DNA of 49,874 nt from a virus (Duplodnaviria; Caudoviricetes): positions 1 through 49,874 of the IMG/VR virus record IMGVR_UViG_3300037851_001504; one strand, given 5' to 3'. The notes under the pieces were generated by a model, which had not been told where the DNA came from, searched no databases, and was given only the letters and a program-made list of their open reading frames with translations. The translations under genes were made by a program, and so were the position numbers. Every line of letters starts with the position of its first letter. Within the stretch, counting starts at the first letter, position 1. This document shows, piece by piece, positions 1-9,609 of the stretch.

Positions 1-279
1 ATGACGAACCTTTTAGGTCCTATAGGGAAAAAAACGTCCGGTTTTCGGGGTGTAGGGTGGAAACTGCAGAGAAAGGTAGTTCTAAAGAGAGATGGTTATA
101 GGTGTGTAAAGTGCGGAGCAACCAAAGGGTTACAAGTTCATCATATTAAGAAGTGGGAAGGAGAGTCCGACAATTTTCTAGAGAACCTAATTACTATATG
201 TTCTATATGCCATCACAAGCTACACGCCGAGGAGAAGCATCTGGAAGTAAGGAACAACCACGAAGCATATTTCTACTGA
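1..279 (+). CDS. HNH endonuclease
   Basis: RDGYRCVKCG...LQVHHI...DNFLENLITICSICHHKLH: Zn-binding HNH motif. Confidence 0.9.
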   Translation: MTNLLGPIGKKTSGFRGVGWKLQRKVVLKRDGYRCVKCGATKGLQVHHIKKWEGESDNFLENLITICSICHHKLHAEEKHLEVRNNHEAYFY

Positions 280-366
280 TTTTTAGACATATGTTCTACT
301 TTAGTTTGGCACACATTAACAACACTTTAAAACAGTGCTCATGGGTATGATCTTCCGGTGAAGAAG

Positions 367-492
367 ATGAATTGCCAGAAGTGTTCTCTAGAGTTAAAGG
401 AATGTGGTTTAACGGACTGCAAATGCTTTAGGTGCTATAACCCCAATTGTGAACTATATGGAGAGAAGACAGATGTTAAAGCCGCCGTATAG
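367..492 (+). CDS. Small Cys-rich putative Zn-binding protein (41 aa, not in ORF track)
   Basis: MNCQKCSLELKECGLTDCKCFRCYNPNCELYGEKTDVKAAV; GGTGA RBS at 357-361; fills the gap between neighbours. Confidence 0.65.
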   Translation: MNCQKCSLELKECGLTDCKCFRCYNPNCELYGEKTDVKAAV

Positions 493-742
493 AGAAGGAG
501 ATATAGGAAAAGTATTATCCGAGCGGGACGTAATAGTTAAGATAGATGTATCTATAACCCCTACTGGAAAGAAATTCGGACAATATCATCTAGCCAAGGA
601 AACAGTACTGATATCTCCGCCGATAGGGGGATATGGAGAGTTAGTCGAAGTTCCGCATTATCAAGTCTTGCGAGAAGCTAGTCAAGAGGATATGTACAAA
701 TTGCCTTTAGTGACTCCTTCATACGATAGGTATAGGGCGTAA
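473..742 (+). CDS. Hypothetical protein
   Basis: ORF 449..742; ATG at 473 is preceded by GGAGA. Confidence 0.6.
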   Translation: MLKPPYREGDIGKVLSERDVIVKIDVSITPTGKKFGQYHLAKETVLISPPIGGYGELVEVPHYQVLREASQEDMYKLPLVTPSYDRYRA

Positions 743-782
743 TTTTTTGTTTATGGCATAGTCAAATTCCTTATACGTCGTC

Positions 783-3011
783 CTATTTGAGTCCAAGGAA
801 CTTGGCTATAGTGAGTAATTTCTTTCCAACGAGTTCTCCAAAGGTGCCCGGATCTGTGTTTCCAGTAATGGTTGAACTCCACGGGTTTCCAGCGGAACCT
901 GCATCAGTAAGAGCTTTCCCGGTTGTTCCAGCAGTTAGGTGTCCAGACGTAAGTTCATTCCATATCGCATCTGCAATTGTGTCAAGATTTATAAGGTCAG
1001 TCTGAGTTATAGTAGTGCCGCCAGTTGTTCCGGATATGCTTCCAACTCCGCGAGCTATTATGCTACCTTGCGTATCTGTCGAGTCAACTATTAGCCTACC
1101 AGACGGAGAGTTGAAACTGACCGAAGTTCCAGCAGTTATCATATTGGTTAGTTTAATTCCTCCAGAGTAGTTCCAAATGCCGAGGCCCTCGCAGTCGTTC
1201 ACTTCTATGACGGGCGTTCCGCTTCCAGGTACCCCATCTGTACAACTGTATAGGTTAGATTCTTCGCTGTTGTTAAGCTCTATTGTTCCGGCAAGAACGC
1301 AATTGTGAGCATCCAAAGTTATGTTGTAAAGTCCGCTACCCACAGTTCCTATTTGAGCGTTTGCAATTTCAACGCGCGAACCGTTTGAAAAAGTTCCTAC
1401 AACGGTGCAATAATCAATTCTCCCACCAGCCATCAGACAATCGTCTATTGTTATTGTAGAATCTTCGTGTCCTTCGCCTTCTATGTGGTACCCAGATAGA
1501 GTGAGTTCTGAAAGCGTTGCGTTTCCTTTGAAAAAAAGATGAGTAAAGCCCCGTGATGCGGCCAAAGTTAAAGCCTTTGATGCGGTTTGTACTGGATAAG
1601 ACGGAGTTCCAGCAGGGTAGTCGTCCGCGTCCACTCCGTTGACCGCATCTATTGTTATGCCTCCGCCGAAGCTGTCCAACTGAATTATCTTTGCCTGAAC
1701 AAAGCGGGTAATATCCACAGAAGTTCCTGTAGATTCGTCAACTAAATCTCCTACGCCTGCGACAGTTATGTCTCCGCCAGTACAAGAAGAGTCAAGCGTA
1801 ATAGTTCCTTCCGCAAGGCCGAAATAGACTTCCGAACCAGTTGTCAATGAATTTATTTGGAACATTCCTTTGGCCATAGTGAACGCTATGAATGTGTTTG
1901 TGTTCATAGTCAAAACGGACGTGGAATTTGGATACATAGGAACGCAGTCGTCAAAGTACGACTGGCCAAGGGATTCTACTGAATAGGGAGCCAGTTCAAT
2001 GCTTTCGTAAGAGCCGCCCCTAACCCAGCCACAGAAATTGGTTATATCAAAAGTCCAGCAGTCTTCCAGAACATTCCAAAAGCCACCCATAACTCCGTAA
2101 AGGGACACTTTTCTGAATTCGGTGTTCTCCAAAGAAGCCCCAGATTCAAGAGTTACAACGTGCCAGTTGTTAGATTCGACTATTAGATTGTCCAAATCTG
2201 TTCCGGAAGGCACAGTTATGTCTGAAAGAAGATGCAATTTGGAAAGCCCGCGAGAATTTAAAATAGCTAAAGCGTCTGTTAGGTTGTCTACAGGGTCTTG
2301 TGGCGTTCCTTTAGGATAGGCCTGTCCGGTCGAGCCATTAACTGCATCTATCCAAACGGCTCCTTCGAAAGTAGAATATTGAATGGTATTAAAGTCCTGC
2401 AATGTGGCTGATGAAGAAGAAGTCAGCTTTATTTGCACATTTGGCGCAGGCATTATAGGGGATATTTCAGCCCCGTTTTCGTCAATTGCGACAAGATTTC
2501 CCCCAGTTATTGCGCATTGGTCGTTTGGGTATACTGCATAAGCATCTCCAGATGTCCACGCAATGGCAGTTCCCCCGTCAAGAACTTCATTCCTAAGCTG
2601 GGTTCCGGAAATAACCTCGGTAACTACACCCATAGATCCAGTATTGACATTGAACGCAGTACAGCCGCGATATATGCCATCTCCAGAGAAGTCTGCGGCG
2701 GAGTCAGTCAAAATAGTTCCTGTTGAGTTGGTTGTAGTAACTGTTCCGGTTGAAAGCGGATCTGGCCTCGCTTCGAACATTACTTGGGCGTTGTTTAGCT
2801 GCATAGTCCACCCAACAGAAACGCCTCCCCCAAGGGCTTGCCCGCCAGAAGTGTCTCTCAATTTAGGAAAGTTAATCCCCTCTTCGCTGTCTTCTATGTC
2901 CAGCAAAGTGTCTTGTAAATCCTCGATAGTTGCCTCTGTCAAAGGAGCCGGAATTTTTATTATTCGCGGCGACAAAGCCCAATTTACGGTAACTCCGGGG
3001 ATGATTGCCAT
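783..3011 (-). CDS. Virion structural/adhesin protein with duplicated beta-helix-like modules
   Basis: 742 aa, S/T/G-rich; two copies of IDAVNG..YP.GTP..PV....AL...SRG, each followed by beta-solenoid-like sequence. Confidence 0.7.
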   Translation of the reverse strand: MAIIPGVTVNWALSPRIIKIPAPLTEATIEDLQDTLLDIEDSEEGINFPKLRDTSGGQALGGGVSVGWTMQLNNAQVMFEARPDPLSTGTVTTTNSTGTILTDSAADFSGDGIYRGCTAFNVNTGSMGVVTEVISGTQLRNEVLDGGTAIAWTSGDAYAVYPNDQCAITGGNLVAIDENGAEISPIMPAPNVQIKLTSSSSATLQDFNTIQYSTFEGAVWIDAVNGSTGQAYPKGTPQDPVDNLTDALAILNSRGLSKLHLLSDITVPSGTDLDNLIVESNNWHVVTLESGASLENTEFRKVSLYGVMGGFWNVLEDCWTFDITNFCGWVRGGSYESIELAPYSVESLGQSYFDDCVPMYPNSTSVLTMNTNTFIAFTMAKGMFQINSLTTGSEVYFGLAEGTITLDSSCTGGDITVAGVGDLVDESTGTSVDITRFVQAKIIQLDSFGGGITIDAVNGVDADDYPAGTPSYPVQTASKALTLAASRGFTHLFFKGNATLSELTLSGYHIEGEGHEDSTITIDDCLMAGGRIDYCTVVGTFSNGSRVEIANAQIGTVGSGLYNITLDAHNCVLAGTIELNNSEESNLYSCTDGVPGSGTPVIEVNDCEGLGIWNYSGGIKLTNMITAGTSVSFNSPSGRLIVDSTDTQGSIIARGVGSISGTTGGTTITQTDLINLDTIADAIWNELTSGHLTAGTTGKALTDAGSAGNPWSSTITGNTDPGTFGELVGKKLLTIAKFLGLK

Positions 3012-3236
3012 TTATTCTTTCACTGACGGACCCGTTCCAACAGAACCAACGCGCACCTTTATTACCATTTGCTCAACAGCTTCGCACCTATTTATTGCCG
3101 CAGCTATGGCCGTTCTAAGGGCCTCAATTTGATCGTCTTGGGCCCTCAATTTCTCTTCCATCATCTTAATTGCCTGTTCTACAGTCACGGTGTTCCGTTT
3201 ATTCAAGTTGTTTATATGTTCTTCCATTTTTATCAC
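3012..3236 (-). CDS. Small coiled-coil protein, possible fibre chaperone
   Basis: Heptad pattern; tightly coupled to both neighbours. Confidence 0.65.
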   Translation of the reverse strand: MIKMEEHINNLNKRNTVTVEQAIKMMEEKLRAQDDQIEALRTAIAAAINRCEAVEQMVIKVRVGSVGTGPSVKE

Positions 3237-6200
3237 TGATCCTCTATCATAAGTATGTTGGTGGAAAAGCCGTCAATTGCATCTATTGTTCCTACCACAC
3301 TGGCTGTTTTGTAAAGAGTCCCAGACGTGGCTTTCCTAACCCGTCCAGTTATAGGTTGGTCGTCTGTTAATGACAGGGTGGCAGTCGCTTCCCCAACCGA
3401 GTCTGTAGTATCTGAAAGAGCAACAAAAGTGGCTTTTATCGTTCCTGTCGGATTGCTCCCAGGAGAACTGGACATTGTGTATGTATATGTATTCGCATCT
3501 GTCACTGTTGCGGTGAAAATTCCGTTGTTTGCAGCTAGACTTGCGCTCTTTATCTGCACTTTGTCGCCAGTTTCCAGCCCGTGGGCAGTATGAGACACAG
3601 TAGCAGTAGTGCCTGAGTTGGTTATTGTAACAGTTTCATCGCTCGGTTTTGGCCCCCCAGAATCAGCCAAGAGAAGAACTCTTGCGCCTTGGATGGCATC
3701 CAAAGTTTCAACATCATAGACGGCCACCGACACAGAACACGTGTCCAACGGATAAGTCACTGCTTGCGCCGCAGCATTTGCGTTGGTCAAGATATATAAA
3801 TCAGTTAGGGCGTTTGTCGTGCTGGCGGTGTTGCAGGTTATTCTTATCTTTAAATAAAACCCGGTTGTTGCGGAAAAGGTTTCGCCCGAAAGGTTTGTTC
3901 CGTTGGCGGTTTTCCACGAACCGTTCCAACCGCTTCCAGTGTCTATTTGGTACTCTACAGTGTGGTTTGAGGTGTTCGTTCCGCTCAAGGTAGGAGAAGA
4001 GTTTTGGAACGAGTCTATTCCGAGTATCTTATATGGATACTCGTATATTATATAGTCGTTTAGGACTTGAATAGCGAGGCTTCCTGTGGAAGTAAATCCA
4101 GACGCCCCTGTGAAAGAAGTAGTTACTGTGTCTTGTTCCGAGGTGGGCTCGTTAAACGACAAGCCAAGGCGTCCGGCGGAAGTTGACGTATAAAGGTTGT
4201 AAAAAATGGTTCCATAGACGGAGGTAAATGCGGTGTATTGAGATGCGGCCATTAGATTCTTAATGTATCCGCGCAAAAAGACAAAGCCCGCCGTTCCAGA
4301 AGTTCCCAAAGCATCTCCAGAGTCTCCAGAGCAGTTTTCCACCAGCATGCCGTTGGTCGAGTTGACGCCGTTGGCAAAACGTGTCGCTAGTGAAGTGAAA
4401 TAGACCCGTTTAAGCTCTATTGTGTCGTTGTTGCCTCCGTCTGAAAAAGCATACAGCATAGTGTTTGTAGAACCGCCGCTGAGGGGATAAGATAAAGTTC
4501 CGACGTTCTGCCATCTAACGTTGGTTGCCCCGAGACAGTAGAGAAAAGCGGCGTCATGATGGATGTTAGCTTGTGAAGACCACCAGTTACCCCCATCGCA
4601 CTTGACATTCACGCAACCCGCACCAAAATAAAGAGCGCCCAATCCGACACCTGTGGCAGAAGCAGTTGTGTGATAACTATCTGCATAGCCATAGTTAGTA
4701 AGGTCAACATCGCTACACGCCAAAAAGTATAAATTGTGGCCAACTACTATTGGATCGGTGAATGTCAGTCTCCCGCAATATGCAAAGTATCCGGGGTATC
4801 CGCTCGCGGTCGTCCTAAACCCTCTATTTCCAAAGTGGCACTTGGTAAAGGTAAAGTCGTAGCAATAAGTCATGTTCGTACCATAGTCGTTGTTTCCGAT
4901 GGTTCCTGAGCGGCCCCAGTTGCATTTAGTACAGGTGCCTCCGAAGAAATTGGAAGTTAGAACCATTGCGTTGCTGTCTGCGTGGGTATAGTTTCCTATC
5001 CCGACCTCGTTCATAATTACCTCTGTAGCACACTCAGTTATGGATATTTGGTCAAAGGTAGCGCAGTACTCGAGTTCGCAGGTATATGCCTGTGCTAGGG
5101 AAAAGTACCAATTTCCGTTTGTGTGCGACATTTCCACCCGGCCCGCTGAAGTGGTGGTAAAATCCGGCCGCGTTGCCAAGGTAGAGTTAGGAACTGTGTT
5201 TGATGCCCTGGCCGCAGTAGTACAACTGACTAGAAGAATGTTCGGAGTTCTGGTTTTACACCCCTTTACTGGCAAAGCCCCCATATCGGCGGATCCGTTA
5301 TATCCTATTCTTAGTTGTCCAGAGCCTATTGTGTTGACGAATTGGCTTCTCCTGTCGAGTCCCATATGAGATGAGCCAAAATAAGTCGTTCCCTGGATTG
5401 CCGGCCAGATTTCGTATATGCCGCTGCCATTTATTCCGGCCATTGTGGCGGCGGGAGCCGTAGTTACTGCTGAATACGCAGAAACCCTCGCCCTAACAAA
5501 ATATGCTGTTTTGTCCCTAATAGTTGTTTTTGCCCAATCTCCTGGCAGAGTCCACGTTACTGCTTGCCATCCAGTTGCCGCAGTAAAGCCGCTCGTTCCG
5601 TCAGAAACACCCGATAGTGCAGCCCAGGAAGAACCATTGTAATATTCCCAGGTTATTGTCCAAGTTCCGACTCCTTGAGTGCTGATCAATATTTGAAGTG
5701 TTGTGAAGGTGGCATCGTTGTAGCCAAAATAGTATGCATCGTTAACTGCCGGCGTTGATGGGAGAAGCGTAAGAGTTCCGGCCGTGGAGTTAGCGTTGCC
5801 AGTTTGGTCGGTGGTAGATCCGCCATCATCCGCTATTGCTCCTGTGAGAAAGCCATCCTCAATCCACACCCCTGCATAGTGAGTATTTGAGCCCCCGGCG
5901 TTTGGCAACTGAAGAGTTTGATTCCGAGTTCCTGTCGTGTCGGCCAAGTAGAACCAGTCTCCAATGCTCTGAAAAAGGGAAGTTCTCGATATTGTGCAGT
6001 CAGTTCCTTCGTCTCGCACTATTTCGAGCCAGCCAGTTGTCATTGCCGCATTAGTTGTGGCAGATATTCCAGTAAGAGATTCAGACGAGTTGAAAGTTCC
6101 GGACGTTGACTTGAACTTTATGAACCCCGACGCAGGCATAGCAGAACCTGCGGCAGTTGGGGCTGCCGAGATGGCCGAGTATACGCCCAAAAGCTCTCCG

Positions 6201-6496
6201 GTAACACCTGAGGTGTTGCCTGTTATTGTTGTTCCTAAAGTAGGAACGTTTCCCGATCCGCTAGTGTAAGAAATGCACTTTACATCGGTTGCGTCTATTA
6301 AAATAGTCCCGCCAGTGGCCACGTTGAGGGTTATGGCGCCAATAGTGCCTGTTCCCCAGCCAGCTCCGGTTGGGGCGTTTTTGTGCCAGCGGGTGTCTGT
6401 ATTTATAGTCAAAACCGCCCCAGAGTTGACAGTAAAGGCTTCTCCTGCGCTTCTCGAGGCGCTATCGAAATCTTGCGATGTGCTTATTGTTGCCAT
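3233..6496 (-). CDS. Large tail fibre/spike-like protein with a beta-helix core and a C-terminal TAHGL..GD.V module
   Basis: 1087 aa, S/T/G/N-rich; periodic Cys/Asn beta-helix pattern; SHTAHGLETGDKVQI motif common in virion proteins. Confidence 0.7.
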   Translation of the reverse strand: MATISTSQDFDSASRSAGEAFTVNSGAVLTINTDTRWHKNAPTGAGWGTGTIGAITLNVATGGTILIDATDVKCISYTSGSGNVPTLGTTITGNTSGVTGELLGVYSAISAAPTAAGSAMPASGFIKFKSTSGTFNSSESLTGISATTNAAMTTGWLEIVRDEGTDCTISRTSLFQSIGDWFYLADTTGTRNQTLQLPNAGGSNTHYAGVWIEDGFLTGAIADDGGSTTDQTGNANSTAGTLTLLPSTPAVNDAYYFGYNDATFTTLQILISTQGVGTWTITWEYYNGSSWAALSGVSDGTSGFTAATGWQAVTWTLPGDWAKTTIRDKTAYFVRARVSAYSAVTTAPAATMAGINGSGIYEIWPAIQGTTYFGSSHMGLDRRSQFVNTIGSGQLRIGYNGSADMGALPVKGCKTRTPNILLVSCTTAARASNTVPNSTLATRPDFTTTSAGRVEMSHTNGNWYFSLAQAYTCELEYCATFDQISITECATEVIMNEVGIGNYTHADSNAMVLTSNFFGGTCTKCNWGRSGTIGNNDYGTNMTYCYDFTFTKCHFGNRGFRTTASGYPGYFAYCGRLTFTDPIVVGHNLYFLACSDVDLTNYGYADSYHTTASATGVGLGALYFGAGCVNVKCDGGNWWSSQANIHHDAAFLYCLGATNVRWQNVGTLSYPLSGGSTNTMLYAFSDGGNNDTIELKRVYFTSLATRFANGVNSTNGMLVENCSGDSGDALGTSGTAGFVFLRGYIKNLMAASQYTAFTSVYGTIFYNLYTSTSAGRLGLSFNEPTSEQDTVTTSFTGASGFTSTGSLAIQVLNDYIIYEYPYKILGIDSFQNSSPTLSGTNTSNHTVEYQIDTGSGWNGSWKTANGTNLSGETFSATTGFYLKIRITCNTASTTNALTDLYILTNANAAAQAVTYPLDTCSVSVAVYDVETLDAIQGARVLLLADSGGPKPSDETVTITNSGTTATVSHTAHGLETGDKVQIKSASLAANNGIFTATVTDANTYTYTMSSSPGSNPTGTIKATFVALSDTTDSVGEATATLSLTDDQPITGRVRKATSGTLYKTASVVGTIDAIDGFSTNILMIEDQ

Positions 6497-6513
6497 TACT
6501 GTTCACCTATTGG

Positions 6514-6541
6514 GACCGAGGGGGCTTTCGCCCCCAAGGTC
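6514..6541 (-). terminator. GAAA-tetraloop hairpin between fibre genes (terminator or mRNA stabiliser)
   Basis: Minus strand GACC-TT-GGGGGC-GAAA-GCCCCC-TC-GGTC just after the stop at 6545; no U-tract. Confidence 0.5.
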
Positions 6542-6544
6542 TTT

Positions 6545-8695
6545 TTACACGTCGGCAGTCCTAATTGCCGTAGCAGAACCTCCGGCAGATCCAAGAGTTC
6601 CAGTGGTTTCGAATGTCTTTATGGGCTCGTTGTCCCCAGCAGTTCCTCCGTCTCTTACGCGGATGAACAACGACCTATCAGATGAATAGACACTTGTAAA
6701 GCTGGCTGTTGCCGCTGATGCCAACTCGTCTATGTAACTGATATAGCAGTTGTTTCCAGCAGTTGCGTTGTCGCTTGAAAAGTCAGTGCTGGTTATGGTA
6801 AAGGTATCTCCCGAATACGAACTGTATGCAATCCGCTTGTAGATTCCGCTGTCGCACTCAACCCTAATTGTTCCGCTAGACGGTGTGTCGCTCGGAATAG
6901 CCGGACTGACTTGTATGGACGTCACGGCGGCACCAGAGTAGGTAGCGTCGGTTGTAAACTGATCCTCATCTAAAGCAGAACCATCCGCCGGCCCGACCAA
7001 CACACGGTCTTCTCCAGATTCTAGGCCTCCCACAGTGAAAGTCACATAGTTTGGTGCTTGTCTTAGAGTGTTTGTAAGGTCGAATACCTTGTCGCTGGCC
7101 GAAAGGTCGGTGGCTTCAACTCCAAAGCCGTATGAACCAATCAAGGCTGAACCAGTGGACGCCCCGCAGAACGGATATGACAAAGTTCTTTCAGTAGCCG
7201 AACCGGTCGTAGTGCCTGTTGCGCTCGACGAAGTTCCCGTTATCAAAGTTCCAGTCGAAGGAGCAGATCCCGTCATAAGCTGTATCCACATCTTAGTAGA
7301 TGCAGTTGTGCTGTCTATTGCCAAAAGTTTTCCAGTTCCGCCAGTCCACGACACATCTTCAACTGCTTGGAAAGTTCCGCTTCTAGGCGTGGTCATATCT
7401 AGCTCATGGGTAATGCCCCTAAAGAGTTCTCCCGACATTTCGTATACTTCGGGGGAGGTAAACGCCTTGAAGTACAAGTCAGCAGAACCTGCAGCAGTCC
7501 AAGAACCAGAGTACGATGCTTCGTTCCCGGCATGAGTTCCGGATGCGGCGCCCTCTATCTGTATGTAGTTAGATGCATCCCCTCCAGAGTAGTCAATCAC
7601 CAAGAAATAGTTGGTAGATGCCGACATTTTGTACTGTGTACTAAAGCCAAGCTCATGTTCAGCATATGAAGTGGTCAATTTGGACACGTCAAGAGTATCC
7701 GAAGTAGCAAGAGCCGATCCTGTCGGAGTTCCAGAAGAACCAAACGTTCCTGTGTGCGCGTATAGCTTCAATGTTGCGTTGCCTGTTGGAGATCCCGTCT
7801 TTTTCAGTTTGACGCGCCCCCTAGTCAGATAACACGCAACCACCCCGACCGAGAAACTTTGACCTTGTGCTGTGATTGTTCCGTTCCCAACTGCGTAACT
7901 GGTTCCTGTGTCGGCAGTGTTATAATCTTCCTCAGTAGCTCGCCGGGTAAGCCATTTCATTCTTTCATAGAAGGTGTTGATAGAATATGTCGCGCGGTTC
8001 CATTCTGAATAGTAGTATTCGTCCGTGCTGTTGTTATCGACATCTATACCGTTATACCCTTCAGTGGTGTTAGTTATTGTTGTGTATCCTTTGATAGTTG
8101 AAGCTCCTGTCGCGTTGTTCAAGTCAGACGCATAAGTAAGCGCCATGACGTTATTGCCAGGAGACGTCCCGTTGATCTTGAACTCTGAATAGGTATATCC
8201 GAATTCACGAGTTTGTCCTATCAGCTTTCTGCCGTCAATATCCGTTCCGTTGTCCCTGACTTTGAGCATAAACCTATGTGAGATGCCGTTTGTTGCGTCC
8301 GCATTCAGCCCAGTTGTCCAGAAGTTTGGAGAAACTACGTTCCCGTTCTGTATTATGTTCAGATACATTCCCGCGTTAGCGAATACTAAAACTCCGTCCC
8401 AGCGGTCTTCTCCTAGGTTGCTGGACGTCCTAGATTGTTTTATGCTGCCGTCATATAGGTGCTGAGCCGCAACCCAGTCTATATTGTAGGGATATTTGAG
8501 CGTGATGATGTTGTCCGTTGAACGTTCCGACGCGGTTGCGTCCGTGATGTCCAAAATGTCGTTCCCGCTTGCCGCCGCATCGTCCATAAGGTCGCCTAGC
8601 CACCTGTGGAGTGCTATGACGGTGTAGTTTGTACCGCTTCCAGTATATCTAATGTCTCCGTTTGCCGCAACAGAGAAGTCGTCTGCTATTGCCAT
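6545..8695 (-). CDS. Virion structural protein, baseplate/fibre-associated, with beta-sandwich domains
   Basis: 716 aa, S/T/G-rich; QSF...LKKTGSPTG...STNYFLVI beta-sandwich module; GAGGA RBS. Confidence 0.7.
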   Translation of the reverse strand: MAIADDFSVAANGDIRYTGSGTNYTVIALHRWLGDLMDDAAASGNDILDITDATASERSTDNIITLKYPYNIDWVAAQHLYDGSIKQSRTSSNLGEDRWDGVLVFANAGMYLNIIQNGNVVSPNFWTTGLNADATNGISHRFMLKVRDNGTDIDGRKLIGQTREFGYTYSEFKINGTSPGNNVMALTYASDLNNATGASTIKGYTTITNTTEGYNGIDVDNNSTDEYYYSEWNRATYSINTFYERMKWLTRRATEEDYNTADTGTSYAVGNGTITAQGQSFSVGVVACYLTRGRVKLKKTGSPTGNATLKLYAHTGTFGSSGTPTGSALATSDTLDVSKLTTSYAEHELGFSTQYKMSASTNYFLVIDYSGGDASNYIQIEGAASGTHAGNEASYSGSWTAAGSADLYFKAFTSPEVYEMSGELFRGITHELDMTTPRSGTFQAVEDVSWTGGTGKLLAIDSTTASTKMWIQLMTGSAPSTGTLITGTSSSATGTTTGSATERTLSYPFCGASTGSALIGSYGFGVEATDLSASDKVFDLTNTLRQAPNYVTFTVGGLESGEDRVLVGPADGSALDEDQFTTDATYSGAAVTSIQVSPAIPSDTPSSGTIRVECDSGIYKRIAYSSYSGDTFTITSTDFSSDNATAGNNCYISYIDELASAATASFTSVYSSDRSLFIRVRDGGTAGDNEPIKTFETTGTLGSAGGSATAIRTADV

Positions 8696-8741
8696 TTTGT
8701 TTTTTCCTCAGTTTCTTTTTTACTATGCTCCTATTTAGTGA

Positions 8742-9140
8742 CTAGAACGCACTAGCGTACTCCCCATACACTAACGTGGTGTCTTTAACTACCCACGCAT
8801 CGTCATATGATGTCACAGTAGGATTATTAAGTACAGATGCATAACTTATAACAACTCCGGTAGTTTCATCTATTTTCATTATCATCCAATTTTCGTCTTT
8901 ATCTTGCTTTCCCACATACGTTATGGGGCTAGCAGAGTCATCTACATCCATAGTATTGTAAGTAGCCATTAAATCTCCACTTCCAGCTTGATTTACCCAC
9001 TCTCCATTAGAGAATGTGAGGACATCTCCATTTGAGGGGGATATTACAGTTACATTGCCAGCGACTTGGTCTAGATCATTAACTAAATTAACGTTTCCTG
9101 TCTGAGGATCTATTTTTGGCCTCATGGAGATACTGTCCAC
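8742..9140 (-). CDS. Small fibre-like structural protein
   Basis: DLDQV..NVTVISPSNGDVLTFSNGEWVN resembles phage fibre shaft repeats. Confidence 0.6.
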   Translation of the reverse strand: MDSISMRPKIDPQTGNVNLVNDLDQVAGNVTVISPSNGDVLTFSNGEWVNQAGSGDLMATYNTMDVDDSASPITYVGKQDKDENWMIMKIDETTGVVISYASVLNNPTVTSYDDAWVVKDTTLVYGEYASAF

Positions 9141-9454
9141 CTCGAGACTTGAGTTAGGTTAGAACCAGTATATGTATAGTCTCTATAGACCGTCTTGATC
9201 GCACCAGTTTCAGTTATTATGACCATTGTTTCTTTAGACAGCAAAGTTCCTGTGTATTGATAATCTTTCTGTCCTTCGTGGCCATCTATCTGTTCATATT
9301 CTGCCCCATTCCACGCAATTAGCCTAATAAACCGGCTATCTTGGAAAGAAACAGTTTTTAGGGCTTCGAGTTTAGGGTCTATAATCTTCGACAAAACTCG
9401 TTCTATTTCGTACTGTTTGCCGTTAACAACAACTGGCCTAAACAGCACCCCCAT
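9122..9454 (-). CDS. Hypothetical protein, likely structural
   Basis: 110 aa; repeated DY.YTG..L motif; upstream promoter and RBS. Confidence 0.6.
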   Translation of the reverse strand: MGVLFRPVVVNGKQYEIERVLSKIIDPKLEALKTVSFQDSRFIRLIAWNGAEYEQIDGHEGQKDYQYTGTLLSKETMVIITETGAIKTVYRDYTYTGSNLTQVSRWTVSP

Positions 9455-9568
9455 TGTTCCTATCGTTCTCCTGTACAGTTAATAGTCATTATTCCCGCCT
9501 AGAACGTCTCCTAGGAAGGTGGCACGTCTGCCAGATTCTACCTATATGTATTACAGATAGGGTTTTTC

Positions 9569-9587
9569 CTTATAAATGTTGCTAAAT
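9569..9587 (-). promoter_or_regulatory. Conserved late promoter (BRE+TATA), copy 3
   Basis: ATTTAGCAACATTTATAAG; near-identical to 30366..30384 and 43473..43491. Confidence 0.75.
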
Positions 9588-9609
9588 GGACACTTCCTAT
9601 TTTAGCTAT

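Noticed and set aside
783-8695. Apparently higher GC suggesting recent horizontal acquisition
   Set aside because: By eye the MCP and decoration genes are similarly GC-rich, and Ala/Gly/Thr content may explain it; not computed
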